64,000 nucleotides of DNA, taken from the NCBI GenBank assembly GCA_013239625.1, contig MU056050.1, forward strand, positions 6,147,366 to 6,211,365. Reading direction: 5' to 3'. Position 1 is the first letter of the stretch, and the number at the start of each line of letters is the position of its first letter. Source of the stretch: Lama guanicoe (taxonomy: Eukaryota). Positions 1 to 11,040 of the stretch are shown in pieces. The notes beneath the pieces are model-generated. The model was given only the letters and a program-made list of their open reading frames with translations. It was not told where the DNA came from and made no database searches. The translations under genes were made by a program, and so were the position numbers.

Positions 1-47
1 AAACATTATGCTGTACACCAGAAATTGATACTACATTGTAAACTGAC
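1..47 (+). mobile_element. 3' end of a young LINE-1 (continues upstream of window)
   Basis: cattatgctgtacaccagaaattga...aaactgactat is nearly identical to the 3' terminus of the full-length L1 at ~39830-39877. Confidence 0.85.

Positions 48-103
<56 letters not shown>
48..103. repeat. Compound microsatellite (TA)13(GA)15
   Basis: Read directly; occupies the position of the L1 tail. Confidence 0.95.
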
Positions 104-104
<1 letters not shown>

Positions 105-108
<4 letters not shown>

Positions 109-335
109 CTTAATAAGTGCCAAGCACGCTATCAGGCACTACACAAGGCCCTTCTTATGTATCACCTCATTTAATCTTCCCCAAACCCTATGAGAGAAAC
201 ATGATTATTAATCCCATAAGGAAACTGAGACTCAGAGAGGTTAAATAAAATTTCCAAGATCACACAGTTGATAAATGATGGAGTCAGAATTCAAATCAAG
301 GGCTGTCTGATTGTATGTCTTGGCTGTAACCACTG
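105..335 (-). mobile_element. MIR SINE
   Basis: ctcatttaatcttccccaaaccctatgag...gaggaaactgagactcagagaggttaa-type core, reverse complement of MIR. Confidence 0.8.
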
Positions 336-414
336 TTTCTCAAAATGATGGTAGAGCGCATATTATCAAACTTCCAGAATGGCCCAAAAGGCACAAAAGG
401 TAAACAGTGGCTGT

Positions 415-590
415 GTGATGTCATGGAAAACACATGCTTTGGATTCAGACACATGTGGGTATAACCTCTGCCTCTGTTCATTTCCTTCCTCTAAGTCTAG
501 GTTTCCTGATCTGTCAAATAGGGATAAAAAGGCCAATGTCAGAACTAAATCAGAGTCAGCATCTGACACGTGGTAAATAATAACCAAGAG
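415..590 (+). mobile_element. MIR SINE fragment
   Basis: ctttggattcagac...ggtttcctgatctgtcaaatagggataa resembles MIR head and core. Confidence 0.55.
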
Positions 591-783
591 TCTTCTTCCA
601 CTGTAAAGTCCTACTGATTAAGCTTATACACCAAAGAATAAATGCAATCATAATTCTACTCTTTTCCAGGCTCCACACGCTGTGTGGTTCTAAAAGACCA
701 CCAAGAATGAGGTAGAACTGTCTTGTTTTTGCAAAACAACATTGGGGTCTGTGAATCTGATAGAAATCAGCTAACTAGACATA

Positions 784-934
784 TTTTTCTTATTGAAGTA
801 TAGTTGATTTACAGTGTTTTGTTAGTTTCTGGTGTACAGCGTAGTGATTCAGTTATATATATATATATATAAAATCCTTTTCATATTCTTTTTCATTATA
901 GTCTATTACAGACTATTGAATATAGTTCTCTCTG
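784..934 (-). mobile_element. Short 5'-truncated L1 3' tail (older artiodactyl type)
   Basis: tattgaagtatagttgatttacagtg...tctggtgtacagc...tgattcagtta is the antisense L1 3' terminus; possible TSD tagacat(a/c)ttt on both flanks. Confidence 0.75.
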
Positions 935-1304
935 TAGACATCTTTCTTTAGTCTCTAGTCCACAAGCTCTGCATTTGAGCAAGTAGTGAGGAGAACGCTA
1001 AGAAGCCAAAAGCAATGTCAAGCCAAGGGCAGCCTGCCACTGCTTCAGCTCCTCAAAGCTGACTTGCTTTGACACCTGCCTCTCTGTTGTCAAGGTAATA
1101 GGATTCTTCGAGTCCTAAGCAGATGGTGTATGTGGTTAGGATCCTCCTACCCATGTGGTTGAAGAAGAGTGCAGAGGAAAGTGTGAGATTGCTGAGCCCA
1201 GGCTGTATCAAAAGCCAGAGATAGTGACATGGAGTGGCCTTGACCCATCTCCCTGACGACTCCCTCTCCTAAGGACTATAAAGAAGAGAATACTGCTGGT
1301 GACT

Positions 1305-1335
1305 GCTACTAGCTACTAGCTACTAGCTACTAGCT
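1305..1335. repeat. Tandem repeat (GCTACTA)4
   Basis: Read directly. Confidence 0.9.
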
Positions 1336-1379
1336 TGCTGAATATACTCAGGGTAAATAACAAGAATCATAAGATTCCT

Positions 1380-1575
1380 TTAACCTTTACAGAGCTCCTG
1401 AAGTTCACAACAACACTGTGAGGGAGGTTGGGCAGAGATGATCACCCCACCTCATATTTGAGGAAACTGAGGCTTAAAGATGATATGTAGCTTAACCCTC
1501 ATCCTGCAAACATGAAAGGATAGAAATAGTATCCAATGCCAAGTCTGTCTAGATTCTACTCTGAAGTTTACCATG
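1380..1575 (-). mobile_element. MIR SINE
   Basis: cacaacaacactgtgagg...gaggaaactgaggctta core. Confidence 0.65.
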
Positions 1576-2014
1576 TGGGAAAAAAACAGAGTCATGAGGA
1601 GTGCCCCAGCACACGACCGTGTGATCTCCGGCTTCCTGTCAGTAGAATCCATGCCAAGAAACCGATAGACACTGATGCTGCATTTGCAAAGGGGACCAAG
1701 AATGACAAACTTAGTTGAAGGAAGTAGGAACTTTGATGCCTTATGCAACAAGTCCTCACCATGCTCTGAAGCTCCAAATAAAACTAGTAGAATTTAGCAG
1801 AACTAGCAGAACTGGGGATAAAAAAGAAGAAAATCCCATTCCTCAGTAAGAACTACCTTTCAGCAGGAGAACAGTCCTGGAAAAGGAATAAGCAGTGAAG
1901 AGAGTAGACTTAAAAGGTCTCCCTAGGCTTTAGAATTTAAAACAAAAACATACGTTCACTTAAATTTCATGTGAAAACATAGGAAGTCTTCAACCCAATA
2001 TTTATATGGTTAAT

Positions 2015-2470
2015 AATCAGTCTATAGTTGCAATAATGTTGCATAGCAAACCACCCCTAAACTAAAAAACCTGAAACGACAATCATTTTATCTTTACTCA
2101 CATGTCACTCACCTAGGTTAGGCTTATGTGGGCTTAGCACCAAGCCGTGGGTTGGGTCCAGGTATGCGCCATATGCCTCTCATCGTCCTTGGAGTAGCTG
2201 GGTCCCTGGGACATGTTCTTCTCATGGTAATGGCAGAAGGGTGAGAGGATAAGCCCAACCACAAGGCACATTCCAAGCCTCTGCTTTTGTTATGTCTGCT
2301 TAGTCAGATGGCCAAGCCCAAAGTCAAGGTGTAGGAGAACACATTCCAACCACCACTCAGCCCAAGCAAATCACATGGCCAAGTTCAACGTTAATGGGGT
2401 AGGGAAATATACTCCTCTGACAGAGATTGGGGAGGAAGGTCAAGTGAGTGAATAGTAAATATACCACAGT
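2015..2470 (-). mobile_element. MaLR solo LTR (MLT1 family, old H-K type)
   Basis: caaaccacccc...catgttcttctcatggtaatggcagaag...caagcctctgct...atggccaagcccaaagtcaagg are recalled antisense MLT1 motifs. Confidence 0.7.
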
Positions 2471-2514
2471 CAGTAGAATTTGCAGGTGTGGGGCAGAATT
2501 TATTTAACTTAAGA

Positions 2515-2650
2515 AGGCAGCAGTATATGGTGTTGAAAAGCTTAGCCTATGACATTAGGCATACTTGAGTTGAAATTCCACTTTTTCACTTAGCATACTG
2601 GCCTTTTGCATTTCAATCACCAGCTTTTATGTGTCAACTGGAAAATAGGG
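2515..2650 (+). mobile_element. MIR head fragment
   Basis: ggcagcagtatatggtgttgaaaag...ttgaaattccact resembles the MIR tRNA-like head. Confidence 0.45.
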
Positions 2651-2884
2651 AGAGAAGAGATAGTTGAAGTTAGCAGAATTTTTGTTGTACTTAAGGCATC
2701 ACCCCAATAAAATCTTAAAATTGCTGTAACCAAGAAGAAACATTTTTATGTACTCAAGAGTTCCAGTTAATTAAGTTTTAACTTTTTTATTTTGCTTTGA
2801 TTTCAAAAAGAAAATGAATCATTTCCTGCAACAAACCAAAATTACTCTAAAGAATGGAATTGAAATTTGGCCCCAAGTAAGTTG

Positions 2885-4852
2885 GAGTCAGTAAGACTTT
2901 TCTCTTGAAATTAACCACAAAACCCAGGCGGACTGAATGGAGCATTTATTTGAAAGGTAAATAGCAGCAGGGATAGCAAGGAAAAACACCAGAATTTGAG
3001 GCATCACCAATCCAGCAGTGAGTTTACCATTTTATCCTCTCCTAGATCCCCTGGCCAGAAATCAAGGCAGACAGAAACCCAGAAGTAAGCAGAGAAAAGC
3101 CCCCAAAGAAGCTCTTTAATTCTGGCCGGAGGTGCAGGAAAGGAAACTACTAATGTTCATAAAGTGGAGTAAAACCCTAGTTTCTTTTTTTCCTTCTCTG
3201 TCATTTCCATAGTACCAGCTTCTCCGTGATCATGCAGCTATAGCAATGGCAGTGGCAGCAGCACTTGGCTCAGCAGTTTATGGGAGCCAAAACTTTGAAG
3301 AAGGCAACTTGTCTCTCCATTCAGCTGAGGTGTAGATCTAAGAGAGCAGGGCTAAGTTCATTATTTTTTTATATTCTCTCTGTCCTATTGCTGCTTGGCC
3401 CTGACATTAGTACAATTATGAAAGCAGGTGGTTTCTGGTTAAAAGACCAAAAAGGAGAGTCTCGGGGAACCAGGAAGTATTGGGGGAGATTGAAGAGGGA
3501 GGAGCTCATGAATGCAACCCCATAAAGTTGTTTATGAACTCCTAGCCTCACTCCCAAACTATGCATATATGGTTCTGGTCTGAATTAGCATGCCAATGAT
3601 TTCAAGAACTGAACTAAAAGATAGACCACTACCCAGGTCCCAGTCTGGCCACTGGGTGGCACACATGCAGTCAGATTCGAATAGCACTGCAAATGTTTTA
3701 AAAACTAAACTGACATAGGAATCTCAGCCCACAGAAAGACTGTTGATACCTGTGGTCTGAACTGAACCAGATGGAGTACCTGATTAAAAACAAAAATATC
3801 AACATCTCAATAAGATTTAAAGACCCAGAGTCTCATAATGTAATATTCAAATTGTCCATGACAAAGTCCAAAATTACTAGGCATACGAAAAACAACAAAA
3901 ATCTCCACTCACCTAGGAAGACAAACAAGAGGTCAGTCATGAGATGACACAGATGTTGGAATTATCTGAAAAGACTTTAAAGCAGCTATTTAAAAATGCT
4001 CAAATGAGCAATTTTTAATGCTTTTGAAGCAAATAGTAAAATACAAAAGTATTTGTAAAGAAATAAAAGATATATAAAAGAACCAAGTGGAAATGTTAGA
4101 ATTATAAAATATAATAATAAATTTAAAATTCACTAGATAGACTCATTAGCAGAATGGAGAGGGCAGAGGAAAGAATCTGTGAATTTGAAGATAAGCCAAC
4201 AGAAATTGCTCATTCTGAAATGTAGAGACCAAAAAAAAAAAAGTTTTAAAAAAAGTGAACAGAGCCTCAGAGACTTGTGGTACAATAAAAAAAAAGGTTT
4301 AACAATAGTGTCCTCAGAGTCTAGAAGAAGCAAGAGTCAAGTGCTGAAAAAATATTTGAAGAAATAATGACTGAAAACATCTCAAGTTTAGCCAAAAAAT
4401 AAAAATACAAATACAAATTCAAGAAGCTGAGGAAACCTCAAATTGGATAAACCCAATGAAATATATGCCAGTATATATTATAGTCAAAGATCTGGAAAAT
4501 AAAGAAAACAATCCTGAAAACAACCAGAAAGAAATGATGCATTATCTATGGGGGCAATGTTACAAAAGATTGTATATTTCTCATTAGAAATCATGGAGGA
4601 GAGAAGGAAGCAGCATGGCATTTTTAAAGAATTGTCATCCTGTAATCCTGTATCTGGTGGAAATATTCTTCAGGATTGCAAGTAAAATAAAAACACTCTC
4701 AAACAAAAGAAACTAAATTCATAAACAGCTGACCTGCTCTTAATTGCTAAAGGAATTTCTTCAGAGACAAGGAAAATAATACTGGGAGGAAATTTGGAAA
4801 CTCAGTTATAAAGGAAGAACAAAAACAGTAAATATCTTGGTAAGTATAGTAG
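2885..4852 (+). mobile_element. Ancient L1 (L1M-type) 5' region and degraded ORF1
   Basis: A-rich ORF1 remnants (gacacagatgttggaattatctga, aatatttgaagaaataatgactgaaaac = IFEEIMTEN); many stops and frameshifts. Confidence 0.65.
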
Positions 4853-6747
4853 AAAGGAGCAGAAGAAATATTTGAAGTAATAATGGCTGATAGTTTCCCA
4901 AAGTTAATGATAGATCCCACATCACAGATCCAAGAAGCTCAGAAATATCAAGTCAAAAAAATACCATAAAATCTACAAGACAGCATATCATATTCAAACT
5001 GAAGAAAACCAAAGACAAGGGGAAAATCTTGAAGGAAATCAGAGGGGAAAACTTACCTTACATGCAGATGAATGAGGATGAGAATTACATTGGACTTTTG
5101 AGAAACCATGCAAGCAAGAATAGAGTGGAGTGAAATATTTAAAATGTTGAAAGAAAAAAGAGCTCACTTAGAATTTTATACTTAGCAAATTTATCCTTCA
5201 AAAGACTCTCAGACAAAAACTGAGGGAACTTGTTGCTAGTAAACCTGCCTTGTAAGAAATGTTAAAGAAATTATTCAGAGAGAAGGAAAGTGATATTGGT
5301 CAGAAACTCAGGTCTACATGAAAAAGAAACAGTATCAGAGAAGGAATACAAGAAGGTAAAACAGAACGTATTATTTTTATTACTCTTGATTGATCTAATA
5401 CAGATAATTCTTCAAAGTAATAGTAACAACAATATATTGGGAGATTGTAGCATATGAATAAGTGAAATAAATGACAACACTATTATAAGGGACAGGAGGA
5501 AGTAATTGGGAATACTCTGTTATACTCTGTTAAGAAGTACCTGTACTACCTGTGAAATGGCATAATGCTATTTGAAACTGGACTTAGATTATTTGTAAGT
5601 GCATATTGAAAACTCTAGTAAAATTTTTAAAGAAGCATAATTGATATGCTATGAGAGGAAAGAAAATGGAATCATACAAAATGCTCAATGAAAACCAAAG
5701 AAGCCAGAAAAATAGAAGACAAAAAGAAACAAAGAAAAAATGCAATGAGTACAAAACAGTTATGAACATGGTAGATATTAATTTACCATGTAATATCAAT
5801 AACCACTTTAAATATGAATGATCTAAATATATCAATTAAAATAAAGAGACTGACAGAGTAGCTAAAATAACAAGACCAAACTACATGTTGTCTACAAGAA
5901 ACTCACATTAAATATAAAGACATAGCTAGATTAAAAGGATGGAGAAACATATGCTATGCTAACACTAATCAAAAGAAAGCTGGAGTAGCTATATTAATTT
6001 TGGACAAAGCAGACTTCAAAAAAGGGAAATTATCAGAGATAAGGTAGGATACATAATGATAAAGTGGTCAATTATCCAAGAAAATATAACAATTCTTGAC
6101 ATATATGCACCTAACAAAAGAGCACAAAAATACATGAGGCAAAAACTGATGGACAAATCCACTCCTCTATCAGTAACTGACAGATCCAACAACCAGAAAA
6201 TCAGTAATGACATAGTTGACTTGAACAGCTCCATCAATCATGTCTAATTAACATTACAGTATAATTCATCCAACAATAGTAGAATACACATTCTTCTGAA
6301 GCTCACAAGGATAGTTACTAACACAGGCCACATCATAGACTATGAAACACACCTTGACAAATTAAAAATATTAGAAATCAAAGGGTATACTCTTAGATCA
6401 CAGTGGAATTGAACTAGAATTCACTAACAGAAAGATAACTGGAAATATACCAAAGTATTTGGAGATTAAACAAAAGACTTCTAAATAAAACATAGGTCAA
6501 AGAAGAAATCACAAGAGAAAATTCTAAACATTGTGAACTAAACTAATATCAAAATACAACTTACCAAATTTGTAGAGTGCCGGAAAAGCGATGCTATGAG
6601 GAAACTTATAGCACCAAATGCATATGTTAGCAAAGAAGAAAGATGTAAAATTAACAATCTAAGCTTACATATTAGGAAAATACAGATAGAAGAGCAATAT
6701 AAGCATAATGAAGGCAGAACAAAATAAATAATAAAAATTAGAGAGAG
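4853..6747 (+). mobile_element. Ancient L1, left part: ORF1 C-terminal half, spacer, ORF2 endonuclease
   Basis: EN motifs CCLQETH (tgttgtctacaagaaactcac) and IYAPNKRA; interrupted at 6747 and resumes in register at 9783. Confidence 0.85.
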
Positions 6748-8074
6748 GAGAGAGAAGCAAGATGGCAGAGTAGAAGGATGCTTGTGGCTCACCCCTCTCA
6801 CAAATACACCAAAACTCACATCTGTGGACCTACTCAGCCAACCAGAGCACCTGCCGAACTCCGATAGAACATCGCCCTCTTCCAAAGACAGAGACGCCAA
6901 AAATCTCGTAGGAGAAAAGGAAAAAAGAAAGAAGAAAAAGCAAAACAGTGCAGGACCAATCCCGCGGGGAGGGAGAGGCAAAGGAGGACTGGTGCTCCTT
7001 CGCTGGGTCTCCCCCCTCCAATGGAGAGGCCAGCGGGACAGAGGAGGAGCCTGCGAGGCTCACATCTTCCCTGAGCACCCCTTGACTGACAGAATTGAGT
7101 TAAATGGGCACAAAGGGTCCCCACGACACCCAGCCCTAGACACGAGCCAGCAGCTGGGGGCCGGGACAGGTGGCCCGAGCCGGGCAGAGGACTGGGGCAG
7201 CAGCACTGAGGCGGCCCCGGGGGACTGCAGGGGGCTGCACGCCATGGCTGGGAGGGGATATGGAGCAGAACAACCTTGGTCCTCCATAAATTGTGAAAAA
7301 AGCAAAGCAACACGGCTGGTGTGCCCTGGGGGGAGGGGCGCCGTAGCTTTTGTCTCCTCAGACCCGCGCCGCCATTACTGGCGCTTCTCGCGAGAAGAGA
7401 GGCGGGGGCGCAGCCACAGCCGCCATCTCCTCCTGTGCGCAGTGCCCGAGCGGGGGCGGGGCTGCGGCCTGAATCTGCACCTAGGGGCTCCGCAACCTCC
7501 TGGGCAGGACTGAGACTTGTTTACAGCCTAAGGCAGATAGGATCTTTCTGCCCTGGCACCTCAGAGAACTTGTGCTGCCAAGACAAATGAGGAGCTGAGA
7601 TTTGGCACGGAGCAGGGGCGGGGCCGTTCCCAGGTCTTCCCTGAGCCCGCCTTCGGAGCTCTGACCCGAGGCGGAGCGGGCAGCTGCGCAGAGCAGCGGA
7701 GCGACTGGTGCCAGGAGAGGGCGGGGGGCCACCTGCCTTCCTGGCAGGAACACAGCACCTGACTGCGGTGCTGGGAGGGGGCACGGTCTGCCCACCTGCC
7801 TCACCCGAGTGCAGCATCTGACTGCAGCATCGGGAGGGGGAGTGACCACCCACCCACCGGGTAAGAACTCAGCACCTGACCCAGTGCTGGGAGGGGCACA
7901 ATCTACTAGCTGACAGCCACTGGGAGCAGCACAGATGAGGGTGCCAACAGAGGGCCTCTGGAAACAGCAAGCTGAGTTTGCAAAACAGGGCGAAGACACA
8001 AAGACCTCTCAATAAAGTCATTAAAAGCACACGATCTCCAGGAGAACTAGATAACTGATACTCCTTAAGCCAAT
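6748..8074 (+). promoter_or_regulatory. L1 5'UTR internal Pol II promoter, CpG-island-like
   Basis: YY1 motif caagatggc at 6758-6766; GC boxes ggggcgggg at 7453-7461 and 7615-7623; about 29 CpG counted by eye in 7321-7740. Confidence 0.75.
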
Positions 8075-8971
8075 ATGAGCAATATGAAGAAGCAGAGGAA
8101 CCACTCCCAATTAAAAGATCAAGAGAAATCCCCTGAAAGCACGATCAAGGAAATAGACATTGATGGCCCACTAGATCAAGATTTCAAAAAAGGAGTGATC
8201 AAAGTACTGAAGGAGCTAAAAGAAATAGTATTTAGAGATATAAAATATGTCAAAAATGAAATTGAAGCTGTAAAGAAGAACCAAGTAGAATTGGTAAACT
8301 CATTTGCCGAGATGAGAGCTGACTTACAGGCTGTATAAAGCAGGCTAGATAATGCAGAGGAACGAATAAGTGACCTAGAAGACAGGACAACAGAAAGCAC
8401 CCAATCAGAACAGCTGAGAGAAAAACAAATAAAAAAACAATGAAAACAATATAAGGGACCTATGGGATAATACAAAACGTGCCAATCTTTGCATAATAGG
8501 GGTTCCAGAAGGGGAAGAAAGAACAATGGGGATTGGAAAGTTATCTGAAGAAATCATAACTGAAAACTTCCCAAACCTAAAGGAATCAGATAGCCAAGTA
8601 CGAGGCTCAGAGGGTCCCAAACAGGAAGAACCCAAACAGACCCACACCAAGACATATCATAATCAAGATGGCCAGAGTCAAGGATAAATAAATGATCCTA
8701 AAGGCAGCAAGAGAAAAACAAAGAGTGAGTTACAAGGGAACCCCCATAAGGCTCTCAGCTGATTTCTCTACACAAATACTACAGGCCAGAAGGGAGTGGC
8801 AAGATATATTCAAAGTCCTGAATGAAAAAAAGATGCAGCCTAGGATATTCTATCCAGCAAGGCTATCCTTTAGAATAGAAGGAGAGATAAAGAACTTCAT
8901 AGACAAGCAAAAACTAAAAGTTTAGCAACACTAAACCCATTTTAAAATAAATATTGACAGGTTTACTCTAA
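8075..8971 (+). pseudogene. L1 ORF1p, disrupted
   Basis: MSNMKKQRNHSQLKDQEK...; ILKAAREKQRVSYKGTPIRLSADFS...RREW...YPARLSF are ORF1p motifs; premature TAA at 8336-8338 plus further stops and frameshifts. Confidence 0.9.
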
Positions 8972-9114
8972 ATTGAAAAGAAGCAGGATGCTACAAAAAT
9001 GAGAAACTCATAACTGGAAAGGAGATAACTGCCATGAATTACAAAAAGAATAATCACAAAATTGTAAAAGAAGACATTTAAATCATTAAGAGTGGGAGAA
9101 GGAAGCAAGGAAAG

Positions 9115-9480
9115 CCACTGTGGAAAACAGTATGGAGATTCCTCAAAAGACTAGGAATAGACTTACCATATAACCCAGGAATCCCACTCCTGGGCTTGTA
9201 TCCAGAAGGAACCCTACTTCAAAATGACACCTGCACCCCAATGTTCATAGCAGCACTATTTACAATAGCCAAGACATGGAAACAGCCTAAATGTCCATTG
9301 ATGGATGACTGGATAAAGAAGATGTGGTATATTTATATGATGGAATACTATTCAGCCACAAAAACCAACATAACGCCATTTGCAGCAACATGGATGTTCC
9401 TGGAGAATGTCATTTTAAGTGAAGTAAGCCAGAAAGAGAAAGAAAAATACCATATGAGATCACCTATATGAGGGATCTAA
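9115..9480 (+). pseudogene. L1 ORF2 extreme C-terminal remnant
   Basis: [22 protein letters not shown]...WYIY...EYY...LSEVSQKEK; starts just after the CCHC knuckle. Confidence 0.9.
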
Positions 9481-9782
9481 AATAAATAAATAAATAAATA
9501 CAAATCAGAAACAGACTCATAGACATACAATATAAACTTGTGGCTGCCAAGGGGGTGGGGGGTGGGAAGGGACAGACTGGGATTTTAAAATTCTGAATAG
9601 ATAAATAAGATTATACTGTATAGCACAGGGAAATATATACAAGATATTGTGGTAGCTCATAGTGGGAAAAAATGTGACAACGAATATATATATGTTCATG
9701 TATAACTGAAAAATTGTGCTCTACACTATAATTTGACACAATATTGTAAAATGACTATTACTCAATAAAAAATGTAAAAAAT

Positions 9783-11040
9783 AATTAGAGAGAGACCAAC
9801 GAAATTAAAAGCAGTAAATCAATAAAGAAAATCAATGAACCAAAAGCTGGTTTTTTGAAAAGAACAACAAAACTGATAATCATCTGTAAGGCTAACCAAG
9901 AAAAAAAGAGAAGGCACAAATTACTCATATCAGAAATTAAAAACAGATCATCACTACTTTTCCCATGATCATTTAAAGAAAAATGAATAGAAAAATGAAT
10001 AGTATTATGAATAATTCTATGCCCACAAATTTCATAACTTAGATGAAACAAACAAGTTTCTTAAAAGACACAACTACCAAAAGTCACATAAGGAGAAATA
10101 GGTAATTTGAATAAGTCTATATCTATTAAAAATATTGAGTCAAAAATTAATAATTTTCCAAAAAAGAAAGCACAAGGCCCAGATGGCTTCAGTGGTGAAT
10201 TCTAACAAACATTTAAGGAAGAAAGTATACCAATTCTTTACAATCTCTTTCAGAAAACAGAAGGAGAGTACATTTCCTAACTCTTTCTGTGGGGTCAGCA
10301 TTAACCTAGAACCAAAAACAAAAAATTATTATAAGAAGGGAAAACTATAGACCAACATATCTCATAAACACAATGCAAATATCCTCAATATTACCAAATT
10401 GAATCTAACAATGTATAAAATAAATTATGCACCACCAACAACTGGGATTTATTACAGCTGTTTTCAACATTCAAAAATCAACTAATGTGATCAATCACAT
10501 CAACAGGCCACAGAAGAAAAATCATATAGTCAATCAATAGATTTTTTAAAAAATTTCACAAAATCCAACCTTCACTCACAATTTAAAAAAATCTAAGCAA
10601 ACTAGGAATATAGGAAACCTTCTTAACTTGGTAAAGAACATTTAAAAGAAAAACTTATGACTAACAACATAGTTAATAAGTAGAAACTAGATGCTTTCCC
10701 TCTAAAATTGAGAATAAGACAAAGATATTCTCTTTTACTATTCCCATTCAACACTGTACTGGAACATACCAGAAGTCCTAGCTAATGCAATAAGACAAAA
10801 AAGGAAATAAAAGGTATACAGATTGAGAAGGAAGAAATAAAACTGTCTTTATTCACAGATGACATGATTCCTTCTAGAGAAAATCCCAAATAATAGACAA
10901 AAAACCCAAAACTCTCCTGGAACTAATAAGTGATTATAGCAAGGTTGCAAGATATGAGGTTAATGTACAAAAGTCAGCTGGTTTCCTACATATCACCAAT
11001 GACAATTTGGAATTTAAAATTTAAAAAAAACACAATACTA
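9783..11040 (+). mobile_element. Ancient L1, right part (ORF2 tower/RT remnants)
   Basis: Continues ORF2 from 6747; ggcccagatggcttc (GPDGF), ttattcacagatgacatg (degenerate FADD). Confidence 0.85.

Larger units (their letters stand above)
6748..9782 (+). mobile_element. Young-type L1 lacking almost all of ORF2 (half-L1 / spliced-L1-like), 3035 bp
   Basis: TSD aattagagagag at 6736-6747 and 9783-9794; 5'UTR, ORF1, ~140 bp of spacer, jump at 9114/9115 to ORF2 C-terminus (ccactgtggaaaacag = PLWKT), 3'UTR and aataaa. Confidence 0.93.

Noticed and set aside
6782..7513. 243-aa ORF and overlapping ORFs, including the 172-aa antisense ORF 7481-7999 (ORF0-like idea)
   Set aside because: These two begin with TTG/GTG; all lie in a GC-rich L1 5'UTR where stops are rare, and none shows a recognisable domain.
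7753..7898. CRISPR-like repeat-spacer appearance
   Set aside because: Only three degenerate units inside an L1 5'UTR of a mammalian genome; no cas genes.
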